A stretch of DNA of 64,000 nt from Isurus oxyrinchus (lineage: Eukaryota). A model generated the notes under the pieces. It made no database searches. It was given only the letters and a program-made list of their open reading frames with translations, and had not been told where the DNA came from. The stretch covers positions 2,604,001-2,668,000 of the forward strand of contig JANJGN010000036.1 in the NCBI GenBank assembly GCA_026770705.1, given 5' to 3'. Below are positions 13,645-26,100 of the stretch, in pieces. Made by a program: the position numbers and the translations under genes. Position 1 is the first letter of the stretch. Every line of letters starts with the position of its first letter.

Positions 13645-14241
13645 CTGCGTGTGAGTGTGTCCCTTTTGCTCTCTCCAACACACTGGAAGCCTTCACATAC
13701 ATCATTTGGCCATTTTAAGTTGATTCATGGTGGTCATTTTCACACTGAAATTCTGTTTTTTCACAGCAAATCTTCCTTAATATTATACACAAATTGATGG
13801 AACATTGTAAAGGGAGCCTGCCCCTCTGTATAACCCTGTAGTGTACCTGTTTTGCAGGTGTCTGTTGGAAAGTGAAGACGAAGGTTTACTCTGTTTATTA
13901 CATGTGCTGCATCTATCGTGAGTGTGTCTGATGGGGACAGTGCAGAGAGAGATTTACTCTGTCTCTAACCCTGAGCGGTATCTGCCCTGGGAATGTTTGA
14001 TGGGTCAGTATTGAGGGAGCTTTATCTGTGTCTAAACCCGTGGTGTGCCTTTCCTGGGAGTGTTTGAAGGGACAGTGTAGAGAGAGATTTTCTCTATTAT
14101 TAACCCTGTGCTGCACCATCTCTGGGGTATTTGTTGGCAACATTCTCACCCAACACGAAAGCATTCCACCAAGCAGGGCTCACAAAGTGAAAATGAGTTT
14201 CCTTGTTTGATTCTCCTGGGTCTGTTCTGATTCTCTGATAG

Positions 14242-14364
14242 ATACCTGGTGCTTATCCTCCACATGAGCAGTTGTCCTAATCCCGTGTACCTGTCCTGCT
14301 CCCAAACACGGCATCCGACTCCAACAATGCAAGTGATACAGGAGCGTCTCAGTGAGTAAGACAG
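14242..14364 (+). pseudogene. Relic 123-nt exon (copy 1; phase 2-2)
   Basis: ctctgatAG|...gacag|GTTAGT. Translates xYLVLILHMSSCPNPVYLSCSQTRHPTPTMQVIQERLSE*D. Paralogs at 17152-17274 and 41523-41645 are both exactly 123 nt. Confidence 0.4.
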
Positions 14365-14824
14365 GTTAGTCTTGAGCCTGACCTGGTTGTATGTGAGTGA
14401 CTCGGGTTAATCCGACACTCCAGGGACAGTTTAGACAGTTTGAGTGCTACACAACTTTGCCAGAATGAGACCTGGATTCCAAGGGTTAAATGACAAAGTG
14501 AGATTGCACATACTCGGGTTGTATTCCCTGAAATTTAGCAGCATCAGGGGTGAATTGATCAAGCTGTCACAGTATGAGCCCTTTTCCTGTGTAACAACCT
14601 TTTGTCAGACACCTTATGGATTCATTCTTGAAAATCCAAGTATCCTTCCATCACCAGCTCTCTGTCTCTCGCTCACCGTCTTGAACTATATCTCTCTCAT
14701 CATCTCTCTGTCTGATGTTTAAAATTTTAAACCTCTTCACAGCTGCATTCACACAATACAGACAGCAATGTGTGTTAGATTTTGGAAATGCTGCAAATGT
14801 TGTCAAACTCAGCACGCAGGGAAA

Positions 14825-15060
14825 CATCTTAAATATGGAGAAGGGATCTCCCTCCATTTTAAATATGGAGAAGGGATCTTCCTCAATTTTAACGATGGAG
14901 AAGGGATCTCCCTCCATTTTAAAGATGGAGAAGGGATCTCCCTCCATCTTAAAGATGGAGAAGGAATCTCCCTCCATTTTAAAGATGGAGAAGAGATCTC
15001 CCTCCATTTTAAACTTGGATAAGTGATCTCCCTCCATTTTAAGTTTGAAAAGGGATTTTT
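14825..15060. repeat. 30-bp palindromic minisatellite, array 2 (~8 units)
   Basis: Same unit as 9943-10562. Confidence 0.95.
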
Positions 15061-16372
15061 AATGTTCAGGGTTGTTCTTGCTCCATTTCGGCCCTTCTCT
15101 CTCTCTTTATCTTCCTCTCTCATTGTATGTTTTGCCTTCTCTCAACTCATCTGCCTGACTCTCTCTCTCACTACTCACCGGACCTCTTTTTCTTCTCTCA
15201 CCCCTTCTCTCCCTCTCCCTCTCTTGCCATCCCTCTTCTCTCTCCCCTGTCTGTTTCTTTCTCTCTCTCTCTCATCCCAACACATTTCCTCTCTTTCACC
15301 CTGACTCTGTCTCTCTATCTCTCCATTTCCCTCTCTTGTCCTGTCTCTGTGTGTGTGTCTCTCTCTCCCTCTTGCCCAATCTTTCGCTCACATCCCACCG
15401 CTTTTTCTCTCTTGCATGTCTCTCTGTCTCTCCCTAACACTTGCCCCTTCCCCCTCTCTCACTCCTGCTCTGTCTCTCTCTCTTACCCTGTCTCATTCCT
15501 TCTGTCTCTCTCCAGCCCCTTTTCTCTGCCACCCTAAACCCTTAATTCTGTTTCTCTTTCTAGCTCACCTCACTCCTTTAGCTATCAAACCTTCCCATCT
15601 ATCTGTCTCTCTCTATCACTACATCTCTTCTTCTGTCACTTAATCACGTCTCTTTAACTCTCTCCTTCACCCTGTCTCTCTGCCCCCTTTCCCTCTCAAC
15701 CCGTCTCTCTGTCACTCTCTCTCTCTCACCCTGTCTCTCTGTCGCCCTCTCTCTGGCCCTGTCTCTCTCTCTCTCTTTCTCACCCATTCTCTCTCTGTCT
15801 CTCTCTCATTGTCCCTCTCCCTTTCCCTGTCCCTTTTTATCCAAAATTGGATGTGAAGATGAAGGGAAAATATTTTCAGGGTGATGGAGAAAGGGCAGAG
15901 GAGTGCATTGTACAGTATGTGTGAATGTGTCTCTGTAAGTGTGTATGTGTGTTGTTGTCAGCGTGTGTCTGTTNNNNNNNNNNNNNNNNNNNNNNNNNNN
16001 NNNNNNNNNNNNNNNNNNNNNNNNNNNNNNNNNNNNNNNNNNNNNNNNNNNNNNNNNNNNNNNNNNNNNNNNNNNNNNNNNNNNNNNNNNNNNNNNNNNN
16101 NNNNNNNNNNNNNNNNNNNNNNNNNNNNNNNNNNNNNNNNNNNNNNNNNNNNNNNNNNNNNNNNNNNNNNNNNNNNNNNNNNNNNNNNNNNNNNNNNNNN
16201 NNNNNNNNNNNNNNNNNNNNNNNNNNNNNNNNNNNNNNNNNNNNNNNNNNNNNNNNNNNNNNNNNNNNNNNNNNNNNNNNNNNNNNNNNNNNNNNNNNNN
16301 NNNNNNNNNNNNNNNNNNNNNNNNNNNNNNNNNNNNNNNNNNNNNNNNNNNTATGTCTGTCATGTCTTCTGA

Positions 16373-17274
16373 CGTATCTCCCAGTCTCCTGTCAATTCCT
16401 GCCCTGCCTGGTGAAGACATCTAAAGAATTCAAGTTAAATACAACCTCATTTCCCTCCCTCCCCTCTGAACTCTGTTTCTAACCCGTGCTGTCCCAGTCC
16501 TGTGAGTGTTTGATGGGGAGAGTGTGGAGTGAGATTTACTCTGTATCTAACACCGTGCTGTACCTGTCCTGGGAGTGTAAGATGGGGACAGTTCAGAGTG
16601 CTATTTAAGATGCTTCTAACCCTTTGCTGTACATGGCCTGAGAGTGTTTGATGTGCACAGGTTAGTGGCAATTTTGCCTGTCTGTAATCCCATGTTGTAA
16701 CAGCTCTGGGAGTGTTTAAGAAGACATTGTAGGTGGAGATTCATTCTGTATCTAACACTGTGCTGCATATGCCCTGTGAGTGTTTTATCCAGGGAGGTTA
16801 ACTCTGTATCTAAACTCATGCTGTAGCTCCCCTGAGAGTGTTCGATGAGGACAATTTAGATGGAACTTTACTCTGTATCTAATCTCATACTGTACACGTC
16901 CTGGGACAGTTTCACAGGCTAGCTTGGACAGACAGAGCTTTCCGCTGTACCAAACCTATGCAATATATGAGCTGGGAATTTTGATGGGACAGTGTAAATG
17001 GAGAGGTCTGGGATATCTTCATGTGGAGGAGATAACATCTCACATTCTCACCCAACACAAAAGCATTCCACAAAGCAGGGCTCACAAATTGAACATGAGT
17101 TTCTGGGTTTTCTTGTTTGATTATTCCTGGTCTGTTCTGATTCTCTGATAGTTTTGTGGTGCTTATCCTCCACATGAGCAGTCGTTCTAATCCCTGGTAC
17201 CTGCTCTGCTCCAAAACACACCATCTGACTGCAATAAGGCAAGTGATACAGGGGCGTCTCAGTGAGTGAGACAT
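16373..17274 (+). pseudogene. Second copy of the relic exon pair (16373-16433 and 17152-17274)
   Basis: xYLPVSCQFLPCLVKTSKEFx plus FVVLILHMSSRSNPWYLLCSKTHHLTAIRQVIQGRLSE*. The first acceptor is mutated. Flanks 17040-17640 duplicate 14140-14725. Confidence 0.35.
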
Positions 17275-18806
17275 GTGAATCTTGAGCCTGATCCAGGTGT
17301 ATGTGAGTGACTCCGGTTAATCCGACACTACAGGGACAGTTTAGGCAGTTTGAGTGCAATGCAGCTTTGGCAGAATGAGACCTGGATTCCAAGGGTTAAA
17401 TGACAAAGTGAGGATTGCACAATCTCGGGTTGTATTGCCTGAAATTTAGCAGCATCAGGGATGATTTGACCAAGCTGTCACAGTATGAACCCTTTTCCTG
17501 TGAAACAACCTTTCGTCAGACACCTTATGGAATCCCTTTTGAAAATCCAAGTATCCATCCATCACTAGCTCTCTGTCTCTCGCTCACCCTCTGGGGCTGT
17601 ATCTCTCTCACCATCTCTTTGTCTGATGTTTAAAATTTTTCTCTCACCTCATTTTGGATGTGTGGCAATAACAATTGTGAAACAATATTCTAAATCTGCT
17701 TTAACTGTATTTACTGCGCATGTTCGCAACTTGTCAGAGACAGAAAAAAAGAGAGAGAGAAGGGGAGAGGAAGACAGAGAGGGAAGGAGAAATTGAGTTA
17801 GAAATGGAGAGGGAGAGAGAAGGGAATGAATGTGAGGGGGGAGAGAAAGAGAAAAGTACAGAGAGAGAGAGAAGGAAGTATAGACGGACGGATAGTGAGG
17901 AGAAACTTCCATGGAAACCCCATTTTCTGATCAGTGATCTCCTTCAGAATTACAATCACATCAGTCAAACAGGATTTCCCTTTAACAAAACTATACTGGC
18001 GTCCACTGCTCAGTTCACATTGCTGAAGACTCCATCCGCCCTATCCTTAATGACAGATTCTAAAAACTCCCCCACAAATGGCGATACACTGAGAGGTCCG
18101 TGGTTACCTGGTCGTCCTTTCCCCCGCCCCTCTTAAGCCTGTCAGATCGGAAAGATTGTGTATAGTTCCCGACACCTCATTACATAAAGCATCCATTGGA
18201 AGGGGCGCAGCACAGATTAACCATCGTGTTACTGGGAATCCATGGTTTAAATTACGAGGGGGAGTTACATAGTTTGGCTTCGCTGAACTGGGGATTATTA
18301 AGGGAGGATATGAGAGAGATTTTGAGCATTTGGGAAAAAGTAAAGGGGTAAATAGAGAGAAAATACTCTCTTGATAAGGGGGACGTCCAAAACCAGGAGA
18401 CATGTCTTTAAAATTAATAAATCCAATGGGGAATTCAGGAGAAATTTATTAAACCAGAGAGTGGTTAGAATGTGGAATTCGCTCCCCAGGGAGCGGTTGA
18501 GTCCGACGCACAGACACATATTTCCCTATTTCTCTTTTATGTAATTCTATGTATTATTGCCTGAGCTGCCATTATTCTCTATCAGTCCTCTCAATGTCTC
18601 TTTAAGTGTTGAATAATAATGGAGAACTCTTAAGTTCATGGCTGTATTTCATGTTTATTCGGAGCTTCTGTTCACAAACACTACAAGGTCGTTGTCTAAA
18701 GAGGGAATTTATTCCCATTCTACAAGCAGAGAGAATTTACACTGGGGACAATTCGACAGGATATTTCGAGTCACAAAGTCGGACACTCATTTCACTCGCT
18801 TCCGAT

Positions 18807-18812
18807 TTTATT
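18807..18812 (-). promoter_or_regulatory. Probable polyadenylation signal of the IgL gene
   Basis: AATAAA on the minus strand ~145 nt after the C-exon stop. Confidence 0.6.
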
Positions 18813-18956
18813 CAACATTCAGGTTGTTCGCCAAAACCTGACATTGCCACAGCCACTACATTGCAGTAAAAAAGAGGCACGTTTTGCACACATGGAATCT
18901 TCTGCGGAATTACAAGAAACATGAATAAATGAAACTCTAACTCCAACAAAAGTCTC

Positions 18957-19285
18957 TCAGAGTGAGCAATCGCTGAAGCTGATGGTGTTGAGAAGGGGTG
19001 AGTTCAGGGAGCCGTGGTTGACACTGCAGGAATATCTGGAGCCCTTCTTCCAGTCAGTGGCTGGGACTCTCAGGTAACTGCTCAGGCTGTAGGTTTGATC
19101 GCTGTCCGGGGACACAACGCTTGTCCTCACTCCGCTGTCTGTCTCTTTGCCATCCACACTCCAGAGGACCCGCACGAAACCCGGCTTAAAGCCACTCACC
19201 AGGCAGGACAGAGTGGCCGAACCTGAGTCTATCTCTTTCGAAGAAGGAGGGAGAAGAAGGACGGATGGCCTTCGATCCTCAGTAC
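18957..19285 (-). CDS. Ig light chain constant exon, type I / sigma-cart (NS5-like)
   Basis: Acceptor cacacAG|GT. (S)TEDRRPSVLLLPPSSKEIDSGSATLSCLVSGFKPGFVRVLWSVDGKETDSGV...YSLSSYLRVPATDWKKGSRYSCSVNHGSLNSPLLNTISFSDCSL*. C1-set Cys/Trp/Cys and the C-terminal interchain Cys are present. Closely resembles shark type I CL as recalled. Confidence 0.95.
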
Positions 19286-19309
19286 CTGTGTGTGTGAGAG
19301 AGTACAGAA

Positions 19310-19995
19310 AATATATTAATATAAAGAACACTCTGACCTTGCATTTGGAGAGAGAGAGGGGAGAATGCCCCTTAACGTATAGAAAACACTGACGTTTGTG
19401 TGAGAAAGACAGGAAGAAATTCATTACTATATAGGAGACTTTGACCTGTTTTTATCTTAGAAAGAAAGTTCATTTAAACACATAACACTCTTATCTATGT
19501 GCGCACGTGTGTGTGCGTGTGTGTGTATGTGAGAGAGAGAGAGAGAGAGAGAGAAAGAGACATGGAGAGATTCATTATATAGGAGGCTTTGACCTTCCTG
19601 TGTCTTTGAAAGAAAATTCATTCAAACACATAACATTCGTATCTATGTGTGCATATGTGTGTGTGAGAGAGAGAAAAATAAATAAGTCATTAATATAGAG
19701 AACACTCTGACCTGTGTGTTTGTGTGCGTGTGTGAGAGAGACGGAGAGGGGAGAGAGTGAGAGAGAGAGAAAGAAAGAGAGAGAGAGTTCTGTAATATGT
19801 AGAACACTGTTGAACTCTGCGTATGCGAGAGAGGGAGGAGAGAAAATGTATTCATATATAGAACACTCTGATCCCTGTGTGTGTGTGCACATTTTTGTGT
19901 GAGATGGAAATAGTTCATTAATATAAGGCAAGCTCTGACCTGCGCATGTGTGAGTGAGAAAAAATCTCATTAATACATAGATCTCGCTGATCTGA
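19310..19995. repeat. Degenerate intronic tandem repeat (TCATTAATATAGAGAACACTCTGACCTG with GT/GA tracts), ~9 units
   Basis: Motif recurs at ~19312, 19372, 19421, 19572, 19687, 19791, 19851, 19915 and 19968. Confidence 0.75.
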
Positions 19996-20634
19996 AATCG
20001 GACTGGACGCCAAAAGTCAATCACGAATCATTTTAACTTTAACTTAAATTATTGATTAATACACGTGTTCCAACAACTTCTTATTCCCATAATTCCCTGT
20101 CCAATCTTTAAATCCCTTTGCTGACATTGTAACAGTGACTGGGTGAATAATAGTTCGTTGCTTATTAATCTTTTGGGCGCCTTGGGGGGTGCTGAAGGCT
20201 CTGGAGGAAACTCAAAGAATCAGAGGCTGACCCAGCAAAATAAGAGGTCATGCGGCTCCTCACGCCTCTGCTAGTTCTTGTAAGAGCTTTCCAAGTAGTC
20301 CCACTCACCGCCTCTGCTTGCAAAGCACTGCAATTTTTCCCTTTCAAGTATATATCGACTTACACTTTTGAAAGTATCTATAGAATCTACATCCACCTGC
20401 CTTTCTGGAAGCCTGTTCTTTCATAATTTAATTTATAATTTGACCCTGATTCTCTCGTTATTTTCTCCCGGTGCAGTTCAATTCCAAGTCTGACTCAATT
20501 AACAATTCTGGATATAAATTGATCGGATCAAAATTTACGAAATGGGGATTTGACATCCGCTGGAGAATGATGTCGCCTCTAAATTAATAATAATTAAAAT
20601 AATGTGAGTTAGAGAGAGAGGGGTAATCACTTAC

Positions 20635-20671
20635 TCCGAACATTCAAGGTGGTCCCACCTCCGAAGATCCA
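20635..20671 (-). CDS. Ig light chain J segment
   Basis: WIFGGGTTLNVR(S) with the FGxG motif. GTAAGT donor in phase 1, matching the C exon. Confidence 0.95.
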
Positions 20672-20710
20672 CACAGAGCGGCGGTGCAATCGGACGGGTC
20701 ATCTGAAACT
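20672..20710 (+). other. J recombination signal, 23-bp spacer (non-consensus)
   Basis: CACAGAG (20672-20678), 23 nt, TCTGAAACT (20702-20710), directly abutting J. Confidence 0.8.
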
Positions 20711-20896
20711 CAGGCTGCGGGGAAAAGTACAGGATGAAATATTAATAACCTCTCTTTTATCACATTCCCTGTCACATTCTGCCTTTCACATGGGCTAGAA
20801 CACAGAGAACAAGAGAGATATTTCAAAAATAGCGTGAAACCCTGATAATAGTCATCGTTACTGACCAGGGTAATATTGAGAACCGCTATTGAGAAA

Positions 20897-20904
20897 ATGC
20901 AAAT
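20897..20904 (-). promoter_or_regulatory. Octamer ATTTGCAT in the V-J intervening DNA
   Basis: Perfect ATGCAAAT on the + strand, same orientation as the V promoter octamer. Confidence 0.45.
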
Positions 20905-21029
20905 TAACCCTTGGAATCTCAGTTAAATTTCTCAAGAACTTACACAAGGAACACTTTGGAAGTTGATGACATATTCTCGGCCAGGAACACTGCAGCTGCT
21001 GTTGTAATTCTGAGCGGTTTTCTACATAC

Positions 21030-21057
21030 AGTTTTTGTATGGCTCTGTCTCACTGTG
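21030..21057 (-). other. V recombination signal, 12-bp spacer
   Basis: CACAGTG + AGACAGAGCCAT (12 nt) + ACAAAAACT immediately 3' of V. Confidence 0.97.
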
Positions 21058-21383
21058 CAAGCCTGCTGAGCTATCCCAGACCTGACAGTAATAGACGGCG
21101 GAGTCACCGGACTCCAGGCTTCCAATGGTCAAAATGAAATTGTTCCTGGAGGTGTCTCTCGAAGGTTGAAAACGTTCGGTGAAGCCGGTGCCTCGAATGA
21201 CGTTCCCACCTGTGCTCTGATATAGCACCCAGACGGGAGATTCACCGGGTCGCTGCCGGTACCAGCGCACATTGAAGCTCCCCACATTCCCGTTCTGCAT
21301 CCCGCACTGTAATCGGGCGGTCTGACCAGCGGAGACTGGGTCGGAAATTGGGGACTGATTGAGGACGGGAACCGCCAGGACAC
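21058..21383 (-). CDS. Ig light chain V exon, type I / sigma-cart
   Basis: (G)VLAVPVLNQSPISDPVSAGQTARLQCGMQNGNVGSFNVRWYRQRPGESPVWVLYQSTGGNVIRGTGFTERFQPSRDTSRNNFILTIGSLESGDSAVYYCQVWDSSAGL. Open frame, acceptor ttgaAG. Confidence 0.97.
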
Positions 21384-21529
21384 CTTCAATTAAAAAGAGA
21401 CAAAAGAAAATATTCAATAATCTGGAGCAAATCTGTCGTTAATGCATCAATAAACATGGGTCTTTACCGGACCGTTCTCGGTGTTTAACGGATTCTCTGT
21501 AATCAAAACCCACTCCTCCAATATCTGAC

Positions 21530-21578
21530 CTGTTAAATGGAGCAGCAGAGCCCACACGAGATGCAGCACTGGAGCCAT
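21530..21578 (-). CDS. Ig light chain leader exon
   Basis: MAPVLHLVWALLLHLT+G (49 nt, phase 1) with donor GTCAGA. Splices in frame to V. Confidence 0.9.
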
Positions 21579-21682
21579 TTCCTCTGGATGAGCGCCTGCC
21601 CAAATTTCCCACTGTACCGGTTCTTGTCAACCCCGAGAGCGGCTCCGGTTCCAGTGCCAGTTTTACCGAACACTCCAGCTCC

Positions 21683-21704
21683 ATTTATGTAGCAGAATGC
21701 AAAT
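21683..21704 (-). promoter_or_regulatory. IgL V promoter: octamer ATTTGCAT (21697-21704) and TATA-like CATAAAT
   Basis: Octamer ~120 bp upstream of the ATG in light-chain orientation. Confidence 0.85.
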
Positions 21705-22959
21705 GAGTGGGAGCGGCCAGGGAAACGGTGCAGGCGAATTTACATTTCGAGTTGTTTTTTTTTGGCTGGTAAAGTTATTGTTAAAATCTTAACCTTTGAT
21801 TTATAAATATTTAATCTGCAATTGGAATTTCTGTTTTGGGAAGATTCCAATATTTCTAAGATCATTGCATATATATACATATATATTATGTATATATATG
21901 TGTGTATATATATATATTTCTGCCGCCCCTGAAGATTATCTCACTTCAATGTTACATCATTATTTAACAAATATGCATTTGCTTTCAAACTTATATCTCC
22001 CGCCAACCCATCCATCAAGAATTTAATGCATTTCCCTTTGGCCCCCAATTACTTGATATAAATTAGATTGAATTTCACTTTTAGAAAGACGAATCAAAAC
22101 TCAGCATGGAGACATTGAGGTATACACCAGGGAGATTTGGAGTCATGGCAGAGCCTTATTGAAACATATAATATTCTAGGGACGGTGGGATTTGACAGGG
22201 CAGGTGCTGTGAGAATGCTTCCCTTTGTGGGGTCACAATTTCAAATTAAGGGGTACACAATTTAGAAATTAGATGGGGTTTCAACTGCCAGCAGTGGAGC
22301 CTGGGTCATTGGCTATGTTCAAAGCTGAGTTAGATATATGATTGATTTACAAGGGAGTCAAGGGTTATGGGGGCAGGCAGGTAAGTAGAGTTGAAACAAC
22401 AACCAGATCAAACATGATCTTATTGACTGGTGGAGTGGGTTTGAGGGGCTGAATAGCCGGCTCCTGCATGCGTTCTTATGTCCCAGAAACTTCTGACCCT
22501 GCCGTCTTTTAAGTCACACAGGGTTTGCAAGGAGAACTATACACGTTAAAATGAAGCAATGGAAAGGCAAAATGTCATTTAAAAATATTGTGCCAACTTT
22601 TAACGACCTTGTAGTGCTTTAGAATGAGCAACTCAGGCTATGCTGTATCAAATTCCCTCTGCTCAGTATCAGGATCTATCATGTCGCTTTCCCCCTCCCT
22701 ATGCAGAGTTATTCAATCTCTCTGGGAGTTTCAACTACTTAATTAAGAATCTGGTTTTCAGAAGATTGAAATAGCTGCTTTTCATGGAGCGTTATAAAGA
22801 CACCTTCCTCAGTACTGTTTTACTCCACATTGAGAGCTGGTGAATGAGATAGTTATAAGCGTTCATTTCTATCTAAGTGGAGATTGTTTTCCTGGTTTTT
22901 CCCTTTAATTTAGCATTTAAGTAACATTACTCCATAAGTTAGAAGTTAAGTTTTATTCC

Positions 22960-25470
22960 GGCCTTAAAACAGGGGTATGCCAGCTTCCTGGGAGAGCTGC
23001 AGCTATTTAATTAAGTAGCAAGATTAAGCTGGATTTCAGATCACCGAATTAGTTGCTTTCCAGGGTGTGAGGACTTCCTCAGTGCTGCCCTGTTTGCACT
23101 GAGTGCTGCCTTGTGTGCACAGTGTGTAAAGTGAGAGTTCGTTGAGAGAGGGAATTCAGTGAAGAGGGTCAGGAGGTGATCCTATCTTTTCCTACCTTTT
23201 TTGAGCCTCCAGTAGCCGACTCTTACTGTGGTTCAGGGGAAAAAAAAGCTGACCAACGAGTTACTGGTAAAGTATTCTGTTCTACTTACTCTAACTGTAA
23301 TAAATAGGTTTTGTTAAAGTTATGGTGTGGCAGGTCAGGTGTTCTGAGAGGAATGTACGTCCTGTCATGTGGGAAGTCAGGAACGCACCATATGTCCTTG
23401 ACAAACACATCTGCAGGAAGTTTCACCAGCTGCAGACGCTTGGGCGCTGTGTTTCAGAAGGCCAGTGCTGACTGGAGCCACTGTTGTGCAGAGAAGAGCG
23501 TGGGTAGCAGGTTTAGTGGGTTTATCAGGCTGCAGGTTCGGAGTGAACAGGCAGGGAGGGAATGGGTGACCGCCAGGCAGACTAAGAGAGTGTAAGAGAA
23601 CCAGACAGGCAGTTCAGGAGTTCTCTGAACCTACCTTGCTTCGTAAACTTTTTTTTAAAAAATGGATGCTGTGAGGGAAATGGTTTGTCAGAGGAATGTG
23701 ATGAGACCCAAATCTATGGCAGCACAGGTGGCTGATCTACACCGGACGGGAGGAAGGAGAGTGGAAGAGCAATGCTTACAGAGGATTCTACAGCCAGGGG
23801 ATCAGACAAGCCTTTCTGCTGCAGTTAACGTTACTGCAGGGAGGCGTGATGCCTCCCTGATGCCGGGATCAAGGATGTCACGAGCAGCAGTAGGGCATCC
23901 CCTTCTGGGGGAAGGTGAACAGCCAGGGAACATCATCCACATTGGTACCAATGATATAGGAAGGAAGAGTGAAGAGGTCCTGAAAGCAGATTTTAGTTTT
24001 TTAAACAGGACCTCAAGAGCAGTAATCTTAGGATTGCTCCCAGTGCCATTTGGTCATGAGCTCGGGGATAGGAAGACTGATCGATTGAATGCGTGGCTGT
24101 AGAATTGGTGTAGGAGACAGTGAAACAGACTCCTGAGGCGTTGGGACTGGTTCTGGGGCAGGTAGGACCTGTATAAACTGGATGGATTACAGTTTAACAC
24201 GATCGGCACTAATATCCTGGCAGGGAGATTTGCTCGGCTGTTGGGGAGGTTTGAAACTAGCTTGTCAGGGAGATGGGGACCTGAGGGGTAAGTCAAGTTG
24301 GAAGGACATCAAGCCCGTAATGGGAAGTTGGAAATTGGTAAGTGAAATTAGAAGGCATGTGAACGAAGGGCAGCATCAATTAAGCTTAGAATGTGGAAAA
24401 ATTTGTGTCAAAGACACAAACTTAATGGCTCTCTACCTGAATACACCAAACATTCCCAAGAAGGTAGATAGTTTAAAGACTCAAATAGAGGTAAATTGGT
24501 ATGATCGGATTGTCAATGCATGGCTGCAGTGTGAGTAAAATCTGGGGCCGAATTTAATATTTTCAAGTTCACAAAGCTAATTGGAAAGTTTGTTGCGAGG
24601 AAGAGGCAAAGCGGCTTCATGATGATTTGGTTACACTTGGTGAGTGGGCAAGGACACAGCAGGTAGAATAGCATTTGGAAAAATGTCAAGTCATCTAATT
24701 TGCTTGGAGGAAAAGATGTGCTTAGTATTTCTTAAATGGTAAGAGATTTGAGAGTGTAGATGTACAAAGGGCCCTGGGTCTCCCATCGAATATGTCCCTG
24801 AAGGCTCACATGTAGGAGCAGCAGGCAATTAGGAAGGCTAATGTAATTTTAGCCTTTATCACAAGAGGATTTGAGTGCAGGGGTAGTGAAGTCTTGCTTC
24901 AATTATATAGAAGCTTTGTTATATCTCACCTGGAGTAGTGTGTGCAGTTTTGGTCCTCTTACCTTGGGAAGGATGTTACTGCCATAAAAATAATGTAAAC
25001 AACGTTCACCAGGCTTGTTCCCGTGATAACGGGATGATTCTATGAGGAGATATTGGTGAAACTTGGCCTGTGTTCTCTGGAGTTTTGAATAATGAGAGGT
25101 GATCTCAGTGCATCATACAAAATAGTTAAAGGGGTAGACAGGGCAGATGAAGGAAAGATGTTTCCCCTGTTTGGCGAATCTAGAACCAAGGGACACAGTT
25201 TTAACATAATGGGGAAGCCACCTTGGACCAAATTAGGATATTTAAGTTTTCCTTTTAACTCCCGGGATTGTGGAACTTTAGAATTCCCAACCCAGGGGGC
25301 TGTGGAAGGTCAGTCATTGAATATGTTTCAAATACAGATTGACAGGTTTCTAAATACCAATGAAACAAAGATGTGGTGATAGTGCAGGAAAAAGGCATTG
25401 GAGTGGATCATCTGCAATGACAGAATTGAATGGTGGAGCAGGCTTGATGGGCTTAATCCATAGAACCATG
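22960..25470 (+). mobile_element. Decayed CR1 LINE: 5' region, ORF1 (Zn-finger remnant and SGNH esterase) and ORF2 3' part, with a large internal ORF2 gap
   Basis: HIGTNDIGRKSEEVLK...ILGLLPVP is the CR1 ORF1 esterase motif. MRGDLSASYKIVKGVDR is the ORF2 C-terminus. Confidence 0.8.
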
Positions 25471-25980
25471 GCAAAGTTACAGCACAGAAGGACATTCTCC
25501 CCATCTTGTGCATGCCAGCCCGAGGACACCCAGGTGCCCTTACTAATCCCACCTTCCAGCACCCGGCTCTTAGCCCTGCAGCTAACAGCACTTTAGATGT
25601 AGATCCAGTTACTTATTAAAAGAGTTTAAAGTTCCTGCCTCTCCCACCAACTTGGGCAGTGAGTTCCAGACACCCACTGCACTCTGTATAAAAAAGTACT
25701 TCCTCATGTCCCCCTGCACCTTCTGCCAAATGCAGGAGGGATTTTTGAAAAAGTGTTTGATGAATCCAATTTTGGCTCAATGATGATTGGGAAAAATTAA
25801 TGTCATTTCAAGATGAAATGTGTGTTTTAGGGAGGCAGAACAATTTAAAATGTGAAGCAGGATTTCCGAGAGGAACACAATGTTATCGCAATGATTCAGG
25901 GTGAGGGGTCTCAGTGAATCCACATCTCTGCATTCGACAGCTCACATTTCTGTGGCACAACAAATTTATTATTAACCTAG

Positions 25981-26100
25981 TCAGTGCTGACGCTGGCACT
26001 TCCTGACAGTCGAAGCTTTCAGGACAGAACATTGGCTCTAATGCGCACTGAACCTCAGGATCCACAAGGAGATTTTCCAAAAGCAGAAGGCATCATTGAG
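25981..26100 (+). other. Candidate isolated 120-nt exon relic
   Basis: aacctAG|...gag|GTACTA. The phase-2 frame reads QC*RWHFLTVEAFRTEHWL*CALNLRIHKEIFQKQKASL. The phase-0 frame is also open, so the frame is ambiguous. Confidence 0.25.

Noticed and set aside
14651-15123. ORFs (MEKGSPSILK)n and (MEGDPFSIFK)n as repeat proteins
   Set aside because: By-product of a 30-bp unit that is open on both strands. Other arrays carry stops and frameshifts.
10514-16482. ORFs spanning N runs (also at ~30970 and ~35962)
   Set aside because: Open only because of undetermined or masked bases.
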